From the UHGV virus genome UHGV-1382693: DNA of 43,368 nt; one strand, given 5' to 3'. Origin of the DNA: a virus. Positions within the stretch are counted from its first letter, which is position 1; each line of letters starts with the position of its first letter. The translations under genes and the position numbers were made by a program. Shown here piece by piece: positions 17,421-26,574 of the stretch. The notes beneath the pieces are model-generated. The model ran no database searches. It saw nothing but the letters and a program-made list of their open reading frames with translations, and was not told the origin of the DNA.

Positions 17421-18636
17421 TGTAATCGCCCCTTCCTTCTATGGTGTTCACTGGGATATTATGGACGGAAAGCATACATATTATGACCTGTACGGAGGGA
17501 GAGGTTCCACGAAGTCCTCTTTCATATCTGTGGAGATTGTACTGGGTATGATGGATGACCAAGAGGCCAATGCTGTCATATTCCGAAAGTACGCTGTTAC
17601 AATTGGGGAATCAGTATTTGAGCAGATACAGTGGGCTATAGATGCGCTAGGCGTTACGGATTTATGGGAATCCCGTACAAGCCCATACCGATTTGTTTAT
17701 AAGCCGACAGGACAAAAGATAATATTCCGTGGACTTGACAAGGCGAAGAAAACAAAGTCAATTAAAGCTAGTAAGGGATACTTCAAATATTTGTGGTTTG
17801 AGGAACTGGACGAATTTGCAGGACCGGAAGAAATACGAACTGTTGAACAATCAGTGTTGCGCGGTGGAAGCAAGTTTGTTGTGTTTAAATCCTTCAACCC
17901 ACCCATCAGCCAAAGCAACTGGGCTAATCAGTATGTAAATACTCCAGACGATAGCGCGTATAGGCATAAAAGCGATTACCGTTCTGTACCGGTTGAATGG
18001 CTGGGAGAAATGTTTATTGAACGCGCAGAACATCTTAAAGCCACCAATGAGCGGGCATATAATCATGAGTATTTAGGCTTGCCGGTTGGACTTGGTACAA
18101 ATATATTTGATATGCTGGATGTACGGACAATCACAGACGAGGAAATCCAGAAATACCAAAGCATATATCAGGGGCAAGACTGGGGCTGGTTCCCGGACCC
18201 CAAAGCATTTATCCGGGCCGCTTACATACCAAACAAAGAATTGGTTGTGTTGCTTGATGAAATGGGCGGCTGTAAAATCCGTAATAGTAAGATGGCGGAG
18301 GATATACGGGCGGCTGGGTACGATGATTATACAATCTATTGTGGTGTGGATGAAGAAGAAAGCATTATAGACTTCCGTGACGCTGGTTTACCGGCACGCA
18401 GAGCCATTGTAACACCAGGAAGCAGGAAATACACCTTTGAGTGGTTGCAGTGCCGTACAATCGTTATAGACCCGGCACGCACACCGCAGGCATACAAAGA
18501 AATCATAGAATATGAGCATGAGGTTGACAGCAACGGTGAGGTGATATCGGATTACCCAGATGGAAATGACCACTGGATAGATGCACTCCGCTATGCCACA
18601 AGCCCATTATCCATGAGAAGGGGGAACAGCGCATAA
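17377..18636 (+). CDS. terL: Terminase large subunit (PBSX XtmB-like)
   Basis: Walker A YDLYGGRGSTKSS and a C-terminal nuclease region. The start is uncertain: TTG 17377 overlaps terS. Confidence 0.85.
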   Translation: MSTTYQDQTTINLTDVIAPSFYGVHWDIMDGKHTYYDLYGGRGSTKSSFISVEIVLGMMDDQEANAVIFRKYAVTIGESVFEQIQWAIDALGVTDLWESRTSPYRFVYKPTGQKIIFRGLDKAKKTKSIKASKGYFKYLWFEELDEFAGPEEIRTVEQSVLRGGSKFVVFKSFNPPISQSNWANQYVNTPDDSAYRHKSDYRSVPVEWLGEMFIERAEHLKATNERAYNHEYLGLPVGLGTNIFDMLDVRTITDEEIQKYQSIYQGQDWGWFPDPKAFIRAAYIPNKELVVLLDEMGGCKIRNSKMAEDIRAAGYDDYTIYCGVDEEESIIDFRDAGLPARRAIVTPGSRKYTFEWLQCRTIVIDPARTPQAYKEIIEYEHEVDSNGEVISDYPDGNDHWIDALRYATSPLSMRRGNSA

Positions 18637-18950
18637 TGAAAATTTCAATTTCTGGATATGTTTCATCGGAAAAGTTATTAACAGCAAAATATGAGTTTGT
18701 ACTTTTACATGAATCAATGAAAAATTATAATCACAATGATAATGTTCTGACAATGATAAAGTATGCGAATAAAAGAATTATTGATATATTCGGTGGAATA
18801 ATAGGAAAAGAAAATGCAGAAAAAATATTTTCAGATATTCACCCTTTAGCTGAATTGAAATGTGGAAAAACTTATTGTGAAGAGGTATATAGTACTCTGT
18901 GTAATCTTTCGAAAATAACGGAAGAAGTTTATGTGAGTTTGGGTGATTAA
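18636..18950 (+). CDS. AT-rich moron between terL and portal, hypothetical
   Basis: TAATG overlap with terL. Its composition is much more AT-rich than the neighbouring genes. Confidence 0.6.
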   Translation: MKISISGYVSSEKLLTAKYEFVLLHESMKNYNHNDNVLTMIKYANKRIIDIFGGIIGKENAEKIFSDIHPLAELKCGKTYCEEVYSTLCNLSKITEEVYVSLGD

Positions 18951-20378
18951 ATGGGACTAATAACATGGGCTAAAAAGGTGATAGGAATGATATTCAAGCG
19001 ACAGGCAGAAGAAGATTTCAACGTTGAATCAGTGGTATCCCCGGAGATGGAAAGCAAGATTGCAGAGTGCGCCAATATCTACCGGGGTATTCCCTATTGG
19101 GTGAATGCTGACGATAACGTTAAGACAATCAATTTTGCAAAGGCCATATGCTCAGAGACGGCCCGACTTGCTACCCTGGCAATCGGAATACAGATTGATG
19201 GGAGTGCGCGGGCGGCGTGGCTCCAGGAGCAGATTGACAAGATATATTTCCAGATTCGCCACTGGGTAGAGTATGGTATGGCCTACGGCACAATCATCCT
19301 TAAGCCCAATGGAAAGGGACTGGACATATTCACACCGATGGACTTTATTATTACGGATTGTGACAATGAAGGTATCTATGGGATTGTATTCAAGGATAGC
19401 TACAGCGAAAATGATAAGTATTATACCCGGTTTGAGTATCATCGGTTTGTCGAGGTCAAGGAGGGGGAAAACACCTATTACCCATATTACATATCCAATA
19501 GAGCTTATGTGTCTCAGTCTGCAAAAAGTGTGGGGGACCCGATAGCATTAAACAGGACTAAGTGGTCTGACTTACTTCCAGATACACCGCCTATACTCAA
19601 GGCTAACAATGATAAAATAGACGGCCCCATGTTTGGTGTACTCCGCACTCCACAGGCTAACAATTTGGATATCTCATCACCTTTGGGATTGCCAATGTTT
19701 GCCGAGGCCATAGAAGAATTAAAGGACCTGGATGTGGCATATAGCCGGAATGTAGGTGAAATATTTGACAGTGAGAAAATCATATTAATTGATGACCAAT
19801 TAATGCTTGGTGATGGAACTAATTTAAAACGTCCAGGAGTAAATAAAGTTAAATTACCACATTATGTAAGAAATGTATTTGGAAATAGTAATGGGGAATT
19901 TTACCATGAGATTAATCCATCATTAAATACTGATACCAGAATAACCGGAATTAATAACTTACTTTCTTTCCTGGGATTTAAGTGTGGATATTCCAACGGA
20001 TATTTTGTGCTTGATGAAAAAACAGGTATGGTCACAGCAACACAGGTAGAAGCTGATGACCGCCGCACTATCCAGTTAATTAAGGATGTGCGCGACAAAC
20101 TGGAAAGTTGCCTTGATGGCGCAATATATGCGCTCAATGTATATGCTGACCTGTACGGACTGGCACCCGCCGGCAACTACGAAATCACATATGATTTTGG
20201 GGACATTACATACAATCGTGAAGAGGACAGAGCAAGATGGTGGCAGTATGTTGTGCAGGGGAAGGTACCACCCTGGATGTATTTCCAGAAGTTTGAAGGG
20301 TTATCCGAGGAAGATGCAAAGGCTATGGTACAGGAAGCACAACCGAAGGATGGGCCGAGGATGTTTGAGGAGGAATAA
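18951..20378 (+). CDS. Portal protein
   Basis: 475 aa directly after terL, with portal-like conserved regions. Confidence 0.8.
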   Translation: MGLITWAKKVIGMIFKRQAEEDFNVESVVSPEMESKIAECANIYRGIPYWVNADDNVKTINFAKAICSETARLATLAIGIQIDGSARAAWLQEQIDKIYFQIRHWVEYGMAYGTIILKPNGKGLDIFTPMDFIITDCDNEGIYGIVFKDSYSENDKYYTRFEYHRFVEVKEGENTYYPYYISNRAYVSQSAKSVGDPIALNRTKWSDLLPDTPPILKANNDKIDGPMFGVLRTPQANNLDISSPLGLPMFAEAIEELKDLDVAYSRNVGEIFDSEKIILIDDQLMLGDGTNLKRPGVNKVKLPHYVRNVFGNSNGEFYHEINPSLNTDTRITGINNLLSFLGFKCGYSNGYFVLDEKTGMVTATQVEADDRRTIQLIKDVRDKLESCLDGAIYALNVYADLYGLAPAGNYEITYDFGDITYNREEDRARWWQYVVQGKVPPWMYFQKFEGLSEEDAKAMVQEAQPKDGPRMFEEE

Positions 20379-20379
20379 A

Positions 20380-20484
20380 TTGAGAAACTTATTAATTTGG
20401 ATAGTATTCAATATACCACTTGGTCCATTTGCCCCGAAAGTGTTTGAATGGTCGATTAAGCATAAGGGAAAGAAGGAAGGGTAA
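20380..20484 (+). CDS. 34-aa peptide, hypothetical
   Basis: GAGGAGG + 6 nt + TTG. Fills the portal-MuF gap. Confidence 0.3.
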   Translation: MRNLLIWIVFNIPLGPFAPKVFEWSIKHKGKKEG

Positions 20485-21717
20485 ATGTTAAGCCCTGATT
20501 ACCTTGCAAGAATCGCAGAAGGAAGCGAAGAAATAGCCTCACAACTCCATACATACATTATTCGTCAGATAATAGACCGCATGATGATACGCATAGGCCG
20601 CGGCGATGATTGCCTGCTCACCTCATCTGACCGATGGCGCATACATGTATTGCAGGACGCAGGGTATCTGCTGGAGGATATAACAGCAGAGTTATCCAAG
20701 TACACCAAGAGGCAGGAGAAAGAGATTAAAGCGGCTATGGAGGAGGCCGGGATAAAAGCTCTGGAATACGACCACAGAATATACGAGGCCGCCGGCCTGT
20801 CTCCTATGCCCCTGACGCAATCCCCGGCCCTTATTCGGCTGATGGAACGCAATTACCTGGCAACATTAGGGGAATGGAAAAACTACACTAGGACAACCGC
20901 GCAATCTGCTCAAAGATTATTTATTAACGAGTGCGATATGGCCTATAACAAAGTTATGAGTGGAGCAACATCTTACACACAAGCAGTTAAAGAGGCCGTA
21001 GAAAATGTGGCCAGTGGGGGTATTACACTTGTTCAATATAGAAGTAAAAATACTGGAGATATAAGAAATGACACGATAGAGACAGCTACAGCACGAGCGG
21101 TACGGACTGGTATAGCACAGGCTACGGCGGAAATTACGCTGGCAAGAATGGTAGAAATGAAGTGGGAAGTTGTGCTGGTGTCGGCGCATGTGGGCGCAAG
21201 AAATGTTGGGGGGATACCAGAGAATCATGAACTTTGGCAAGGAAAATTCTACAGTCTCCCGCAATATGGACATAGATTCCCGGATTTCTATTACTCTACA
21301 GGATATGGAGATATTACTGGATTGTGCGGAGTAAATTGTAGGCATAGTTTTGGACCAGGTGATGGAGAAAATAATCCGTATGACCCAATAGACACAGAGG
21401 AAAATCGAAATCAGTACGAAAAAGAGCAACGCCAGCGAACGCTTGAACGCCGCATCCGCAAGACCAAGCGCGAGGTTATGGGCCTGCAAGAGGCCGTAGA
21501 GAAATGCCAGGACAAGGCGGCAAAGTTTGAGCTACAGCAGGCGCTTGACCGGAAATCCTACTTGCTATCCAAGCAGTATAAGGCATATAACGAGTTTTGT
21601 AAGGAGAATAACCTTAGAACTCAGTCAGAGAGATTACAGATTGCCCGCTGGAGCCGTGAACAGGCTGCAAAGGCCAGAGGGGCGGCGAGACGGTATCAAA
21701 ATGCGAAAGGGGAATGA
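20485..21717 (+). CDS. Head morphogenesis protein (SPP1 gp7 / Mu F-like minor capsid protein)
   Basis: Sits after the portal gene. MuF-like central region. C-terminal coiled coil. Confidence 0.7.
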   Translation: MLSPDYLARIAEGSEEIASQLHTYIIRQIIDRMMIRIGRGDDCLLTSSDRWRIHVLQDAGYLLEDITAELSKYTKRQEKEIKAAMEEAGIKALEYDHRIYEAAGLSPMPLTQSPALIRLMERNYLATLGEWKNYTRTTAQSAQRLFINECDMAYNKVMSGATSYTQAVKEAVENVASGGITLVQYRSKNTGDIRNDTIETATARAVRTGIAQATAEITLARMVEMKWEVVLVSAHVGARNVGGIPENHELWQGKFYSLPQYGHRFPDFYYSTGYGDITGLCGVNCRHSFGPGDGENNPYDPIDTEENRNQYEKEQRQRTLERRIRKTKREVMGLQEAVEKCQDKAAKFELQQALDRKSYLLSKQYKAYNEFCKENNLRTQSERLQIARWSREQAAKARGAARRYQNAKGE

Positions 21718-22103
21718 ATTTGAATAGATGGAAACCATATAACCCTAACCCAGTCCGTAATCAGCGTGTAGGCGACTGTGCCATACGTGCAATCTGCAAA
21801 GCAACCGGACAGGATTGGGAAACCGCCTTTGCTGGCGTTATGGTGGTGGCGTGCGAGAAATCAGATATGCCGTCAGCTAACAGCGTGTGGGGGACATATC
21901 TCAGGCGCAACGGGTTTCGGAGAAACATTATACCAGACGAATATCCAGAAGATTATACCGTGGAAGAATTTTCGGCAGACCACCAAAACGGAGTATTTGT
22001 TCTTGGGCTTGATGGTCATGTGGTAACGGTTGTGGATGGATTTTACTGGGACACATGGGACAGCGGTCAAGAAATACCAATATACTACTGGGAAAGGCGA
22101 TAA
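21714..22103 (+). CDS. Papain-like (C39 / BtrH-like) cysteine-peptidase-fold protein
   Basis: GDCAIRAI carries the candidate catalytic Cys, and DGHVVTVVDG the downstream His/Asp. ATGA-coupled to MuF. Confidence 0.4.
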   Translation: MNLNRWKPYNPNPVRNQRVGDCAIRAICKATGQDWETAFAGVMVVACEKSDMPSANSVWGTYLRRNGFRRNIIPDEYPEDYTVEEFSADHQNGVFVLGLDGHVVTVVDGFYWDTWDSGQEIPIYYWERR

Positions 22104-22106
22104 TTT

Positions 22107-22400
22107 ATGGAAACATTAAACTCTATTATGGTTGTATGCGGTTGGCTTATTACTCTTGGAGGCGCAGGAGCCGTAATATACAAATTGTTGCATCCGGCAT
22201 TTAAGCTAAAAAATCGAGTGGATAAATTAGAAATAAATGTGGAAAATGATTATAAATCTATCAAAGAAATAAGAGATATGCAATCTCTTTTATGCCAAGG
22301 AATGATAGCATTAATTGATAATCGTATAACCGGTAACAACATAGAGGGTTTAAAAAAAACCAAAGAAGCTATGATAAAGCATTTGTCAGAAGGTATTTAA
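22107..22400 (+). CDS. Small membrane protein (N-terminal TM + coiled coil)
   Basis: TM segment IMVVCGWLITLGGAGAVIY. AT-rich. Confidence 0.55.
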   Translation: METLNSIMVVCGWLITLGGAGAVIYKLLHPAFKLKNRVDKLEINVENDYKSIKEIRDMQSLLCQGMIALIDNRITGNNIEGLKKTKEAMIKHLSEGI

Positions 22401-22411
22401 GGAGCGTTGCG

Positions 22412-22612
22412 TTGAAGGTATATGACTTTACAGTGCCAGAACTAAACTATTTTCGTACATATTGTAACTTTACGGATGAAGAACGGGCACTGTTTGAGTA
22501 CCGGGCCAAGAACTATCCTTTGGAGTATTGCGCTGAATTAATGAATGTAAGTGTATCCACAGCAAAGAGATTGAGCAGAAAAGTAAACAACAAAATAATC
22601 CGATTATGTTGA
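22412..22612 (+). CDS. Sigma-70 region-4-only HTH protein
   Basis: LEYCAELMNVSVSTAKRLSRKVNNKI looks like region 4.2. AAGGAG RBS. TTG start. Confidence 0.6.
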   Translation: MKVYDFTVPELNYFRTYCNFTDEERALFEYRAKNYPLEYCAELMNVSVSTAKRLSRKVNNKIIRLC

Positions 22613-22636
22613 TACTTGCGTGATACTTTTATAAGT

Positions 22637-22666
22637 CTTTGACGACCTGTCAAGGGCTTATTTTTT
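22637..22666 (+). terminator. Intrinsic terminator
   Basis: CTTTGAC-gacct-GTCAAGG stem followed by gcttatttttta. Confidence 0.55.
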
Positions 22667-22704
22667 ATGGGATAATTGGATTATAAAAGAACGGAGGGGA
22701 TATA

Positions 22705-23175
22705 ATGCCGCAACCATTTATCAATCCAAACTATCTGAATACATATCCAAACGCATATCCTTATCAGCCACAGATGCAACCACCTATGGACCGATTGCAG
22801 CAGCTACAGGCACCATACCAAATGTCGCAACAGACGCAGGTTTCACAGGTCCCGCAGACCAACCAGGGAATATTATGGGTGCAGGGTGAAGCCGGGGCAA
22901 AGTCGTATTTAGTAGCGCCAAGCACATCCATATTACTGATGGATAGCGAAAATGAGTACTTTTATATTAAAACAACAGATGCAGCAGGTATGCCAACACT
23001 CCGCACTTTTGAATATAAAGAGATTGTTAATGGACGGAAAAAGGAATCTACATCGGCTGAAAATCTGGATGAAAAGTATGTTACCAGAAATGAGTATCAG
23101 GATTTAAAGGCAAAATATGATGAATTATATGGACTTTTAGAAACCAGTACAGCACCAACAGGAAAGGGGAAGTAA
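22705..23175 (+). CDS. P/Q-rich N-terminal protein with conserved C-terminal domain
   Basis: GGAGGGG RBS. N-terminal PQPFINPNYLNTYPNAYPYQPQMQPP. Confidence 0.65.
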   Translation: MPQPFINPNYLNTYPNAYPYQPQMQPPMDRLQQLQAPYQMSQQTQVSQVPQTNQGILWVQGEAGAKSYLVAPSTSILLMDSENEYFYIKTTDAAGMPTLRTFEYKEIVNGRKKESTSAENLDEKYVTRNEYQDLKAKYDELYGLLETSTAPTGKGK

Positions 23176-23178
23176 TAT

Positions 23179-23436
23179 ATGAATCCATTATTTAACATGT
23201 TAGGTGGAATGGGTGGAGGTAGCCCAATGGGAGGAATGATTCCTGGGATGGGCGGAGGAAACAACCCCATGCAGATGATACAGAAATTTATGGAGTTTAA
23301 AAACAATTTCAAGGGAAACCCTCAAGAAGAAGTACAGAAGATGCTACAGTCCGGCCAGATAACTCAGCGGCAATTAGACCAGGCCCAGCAAATGGCCCGG
23401 CAGTTTCAGCAGATGCTTAATGGCATGAAAAAATAG
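23179..23436 (+). CDS. Gly/Met-rich small protein
   Basis: GGMGGGSPMGGMIPGMGGGNNPMQM. AAGGGG RBS. Confidence 0.6.
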   Translation: MNPLFNMLGGMGGGSPMGGMIPGMGGGNNPMQMIQKFMEFKNNFKGNPQEEVQKMLQSGQITQRQLDQAQQMARQFQQMLNGMKK

Positions 23437-23490
23437 TACATAAATCAATGCGCATGATTTTGTAAATATATTTTAAAGGAGTAGACAATT

Positions 23491-24207
23491 ATGGATTCAA
23501 GCTATAGTTTAGCAGACATTGCCGCCGCTACAGGAGGAACAAACCGCAACAATGATGGCTTTGGAGATGGCGGCGCATGGTGGATTATTATACTGTTCTT
23601 ATTTGTTTTCTGTGGCTGGGGCAATGGAAACGGCTTTGGAAACAATGGAGCAGGAGGTGCAGGATTGCAGGGATTAGCAACACGTGCAGACATCAATGAG
23701 GGATTTGCCCTCAACGGAATCGAAAATGGTATAAGGGGTATTCAGCAGGGCATTTGTGATAGCACGTATGCGCTGAACAACACCATTACCAGCGGTTTCA
23801 GCGGAGTGGACCGTAGCTTATGCCAGATGGGCTATCAGCTCCATGATTGCTGTTGCCAGACACAGCGCGCAATTGATGGTGTAAATTATAACCTGGCTAC
23901 ACAGTCATGCGATACCAGAAACACCATTCAGACCGCAACTAGGGATATTCTGGACAACAACAACAGCAATACAAGAGCTATTCTTGACTTCTTAACTCAG
24001 GATAAGATTTCTACCTTACAGGCGGAGAATCAAACCCTTAGATTCCAGGCAAGCCAGACTGCCCAGAACGGATTTATTGATGCAGTTGGTAACTCAATCG
24101 TTGCACAGCTTCGTCAGCCGCAGCCTGTACCGGCTTATACGGTTCCAGCGCCATATCCATATGCCTCTAACTGTGGTTGTGGATGCAATACTGGATGCGG
24201 GTGCTAA
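23491..24207 (+). CDS. Membrane protein with Gly-rich region and Cys-rich C-terminus
   Basis: AAAGGAG RBS. TM segment WWIIILFLFVFCGW flanked by G/N-rich sequence. Ends CGCGCNTGCGC. Confidence 0.7.
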   Translation: MDSSYSLADIAAATGGTNRNNDGFGDGGAWWIIILFLFVFCGWGNGNGFGNNGAGGAGLQGLATRADINEGFALNGIENGIRGIQQGICDSTYALNNTITSGFSGVDRSLCQMGYQLHDCCCQTQRAIDGVNYNLATQSCDTRNTIQTATRDILDNNNSNTRAILDFLTQDKISTLQAENQTLRFQASQTAQNGFIDAVGNSIVAQLRQPQPVPAYTVPAPYPYASNCGCGCNTGCGC

Positions 24208-24416
24208 TGAGAAACGAACAGTTTTACGATAATCTTGCTCTGTATGCAACTGCATTGCAAATGATAAATTTGCTTTTGATTGTTGGTGATGTGTCAAATA
24301 ATGATATTATGGAAGCATTGCAACAGGAGAATAAGGAATACATGGAAAAGATTATCGACCAAAACAACCGCATATTGCGTATCTTGTCCGAAAAGGACAT
24401 GTCTACTGAACAGTAG
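24207..24416 (+). CDS. Small hypothetical protein
   Basis: TAATG coupling. 69 aa. Confidence 0.45.
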   Translation: MRNEQFYDNLALYATALQMINLLLIVGDVSNNDIMEALQQENKEYMEKIIDQNNRILRILSEKDMSTEQ

Positions 24417-24478
24417 TATTACACACATGGAAGGGTAGGCATAAGCTTGCCCTTCTGTGCATATAAGGAGGATTTATT

Positions 24479-24877
24479 ATGGCAGATTTTGTAACTGCTG
24501 GGACACAGACTGTTGCAGTCAATGCAAGCGTTCTGTTTGCTGCAAACAGGATATATTCTTGCAATTGTCCAAACATAAGGCATGAGGCACTCTCTGGTAG
24601 GGTAGTTTTGCTTCCTGGCCTGTACCGCGTAGGATTTAACGGAAACTTTTCCGCAGCCGCAGCAGGTGACGTTATTTTTGAAGTACAGCAGGACGGCGAA
24701 GGCATTCCCGGTGCAAGAATTCAGAACACAGTTGCCGCCGGCGCAACAATCAATGGAGCGGCAACTGTAGAAGTAAGGGTGTGCAAACCATGTTGTGCTA
24801 CCCTATCAGTAAAAAACGTTGGAGCCACAGCAGCGGCAGTATCAGACGCTAACCTTGTTGTTAGCAGAATAGGTTAA
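24479..24877 (+). CDS. Ala/Gly/Val-rich beta-rich protein with Cys pairs (structural subunit-like)
   Basis: AAGGAGG RBS. SCNCPN near the N-terminus and CKPCC near the C-terminus. Confidence 0.7.
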   Translation: MADFVTAGTQTVAVNASVLFAANRIYSCNCPNIRHEALSGRVVLLPGLYRVGFNGNFSAAAAGDVIFEVQQDGEGIPGARIQNTVAAGATINGAATVEVRVCKPCCATLSVKNVGATAAAVSDANLVVSRIG

Positions 24878-24889
24878 GGGGGTAAGGCT

Positions 24890-25429
24890 ATGAGCTATAA
24901 GATGATGCAGAATATCCATGAAGAACTGGATAAGATTGCGGAAAAGGGCCTGAACACTAGCAACCTTGAAACCGCATACAAACTGATAGACATGTGGAAA
25001 GACATGGAGAATGTGGAGTACTGGAAGTGCAAAAAAGAGTACTACAATCAGGTAATGGACGAAATGGATGGCGGAGAATACAGCGAAGCGCGCCGCAAAC
25101 GCGACAGCATGGGACGTTATAGCCGTGCTGATGGAATGTCACAGGACTATGATAATGACAGCTCATATCGCGGCACACGCGGAAAACATTACGTCAGAGG
25201 ACACTACAGCCGTGCGACCGGTCCGGCCTATGATGACTACATGAATCAGAAGCAGAGCTACAGAAGTGGTGGAAAAGATGAGGATTGCAAGCGGCGTATG
25301 CTTGCGGCCTTAGAGGAACATATGGACGAACTAACCGAAGAGTTGGGAGAAATGTCAAAAGATGCTGATTGCCGCGAGGAACGGGAAACCATGAAAAGAT
25401 ATATCGAAAAGTTGCGTAATATGATGTAA
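24890..25429 (+). CDS. Charged helical protein, hypothetical
   Basis: AGGGGG RBS. Several Cys residues. Helical heptad-like N- and C-terminal regions. Confidence 0.65.
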   Translation: MSYKMMQNIHEELDKIAEKGLNTSNLETAYKLIDMWKDMENVEYWKCKKEYYNQVMDEMDGGEYSEARRKRDSMGRYSRADGMSQDYDNDSSYRGTRGKHYVRGHYSRATGPAYDDYMNQKQSYRSGGKDEDCKRRMLAALEEHMDELTEELGEMSKDADCREERETMKRYIEKLRNMM

Positions 25430-25462
25430 CAAAAAGCGGTGGGAATAATCTCACCGCTTTTT
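25430..25462. terminator. Bidirectional intrinsic terminator
   Basis: aaaaAGCGGTG-ggaataatct-CACCGCTttttt. 7-bp GC-rich stem flanked by A-run and T-run, sited between convergent operons. Confidence 0.8.
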
Positions 25463-25498
25463 GAAAATGTATTACCAAAAAAATTTGTTTTCTCTCCT

Positions 25499-25789
25499 TT
25501 AAATATGATTCCAATCTAACATAATATGGATTTCTTTTTCTTCATTATTGATTGCACATAGACAGGGTGATTCTTTCCCTTGAATCAGCTCGTTTGGTGT
25601 ATAAGTCCAACCCCACGGAGCCGTCAACACAATGCCGGCCTCTGTCTCGTCACATCCCCATCCTTCTGGCACTGTGTATTCTATTGGTTCGCTTTCTACT
25701 GCTGTTGGATGAGGATTGCCCTCAGTAAATACCGGATGTTTCTCAGCAGCCAAACATCCATAATTTATGTATCCTTTAAATGTTTTCAT
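25499..25789 (-). CDS. Hypothetical protein (last gene of reverse operon)
   Basis: AGGAGGAG RBS 7 nt upstream. 96 aa with WGxxE and WGW motifs. Confidence 0.6.
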   Translation of the reverse strand: MKTFKGYINYGCLAAEKHPVFTEGNPHPTAVESEPIEYTVPEGWGCDETEAGIVLTAPWGWTYTPNELIQGKESPCLCAINNEEKEIHIMLDWNHI

Positions 25790-25801
25790 TTTTTCTCCTC
25801 C

Positions 25802-26218
25802 TTACAATATGGTTTCATGTACCTCGCGCCCTGCCCGCACATTTTCCAGGTAATTGGGGTCTATGCTCTTTGGACAGTACTCATAATCGCTGTCCTCAAC
25901 TCCTATTTTTGCCATTTCGTCATGTATAATTTTAAAATAATCATCATGAGAAAAGTTGCGGGAATCAGAAAATACATTGTAATTTTCCGGTAACAATTTC
26001 TCATAGGCCAAATCTGAAAAATTATTTAAAAGTTTTTTCATCAGACATGGATGAATCAGTTCTTCCAATTGTCTGATGATTAATTCTTCGGCCCAGGGAG
26101 CCGGGTTCCGTTTCCCAGCCTCCCAATCCTCTATGGTCCTTGTTGGTATACCAAGGTAATCAGATAAATCAGATTGTGTCATGTTGGTTTTCGTACGGTA
26201 CTCTTTAATTCTGTTCAT
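25802..26218 (-). CDS. XRE-family HTH regulator with C-terminal domain
   Basis: MTQSDLSDYLGIPTRTIEDWEAGKRNP HTH. AAGGAGG RBS before ATG 26218. Confidence 0.75.
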   Translation of the reverse strand: MNRIKEYRTKTNMTQSDLSDYLGIPTRTIEDWEAGKRNPAPWAEELIIRQLEELIHPCLMKKLLNNFSDLAYEKLLPENYNVFSDSRNFSHDDYFKIIHDEMAKIGVEDSDYEYCPKSIDPNYLENVRAGREVHETIL

Positions 26219-26228
26219 AACGACCTCC

Positions 26229-26540
26229 TTATTTAACATGTTGTATGATGTATTTGGCATCTGTCATTTTTTCTAACTGACCGATAAGGCTTTCAATTCC
26301 GGCCGTGTAACTCTGCGCATCCATCTTACCCCTGGACATCATTATTCCGGCCATCTCGTCTGTCTTAAAAACCTTCTGGACCAGAATATCTTTTGCATAT
26401 GCCACCTGTTTCTCAGTTCCGGTCATTTCCTGGGTAAACATAAAAGCAATGATTTTATGGCAGTCGGCCCGGTCTACCAGGATATTATATCCGTTCAGCT
26501 CGTTTCTCATTTCCTTTGTATTCTCTGCTCGTCTCATCAT
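26229..26540 (-). CDS. Hypothetical protein (first gene of reverse operon)
   Basis: 103 aa. RBS-like AAGGATGGGGG. Upstream promoter with operator. Confidence 0.55.
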   Translation of the reverse strand: MMRRAENTKEMRNELNGYNILVDRADCHKIIAFMFTQEMTGTEKQVAYAKDILVQKVFKTDEMAGIMMSRGKMDAQSYTAGIESLIGQLEKMTDAKYIIQHVK

Positions 26541-26574
26541 TTTTTATTTCCCCCATCCTTTATCTTATGTATTT

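Noticed and set aside
20565-21489. - strand ORFs (95 and 190 aa) inside the MuF-like gene
   Set aside because: Embedded antisense in a well-supported structural gene, with no RBS and non-protein-like sequence.
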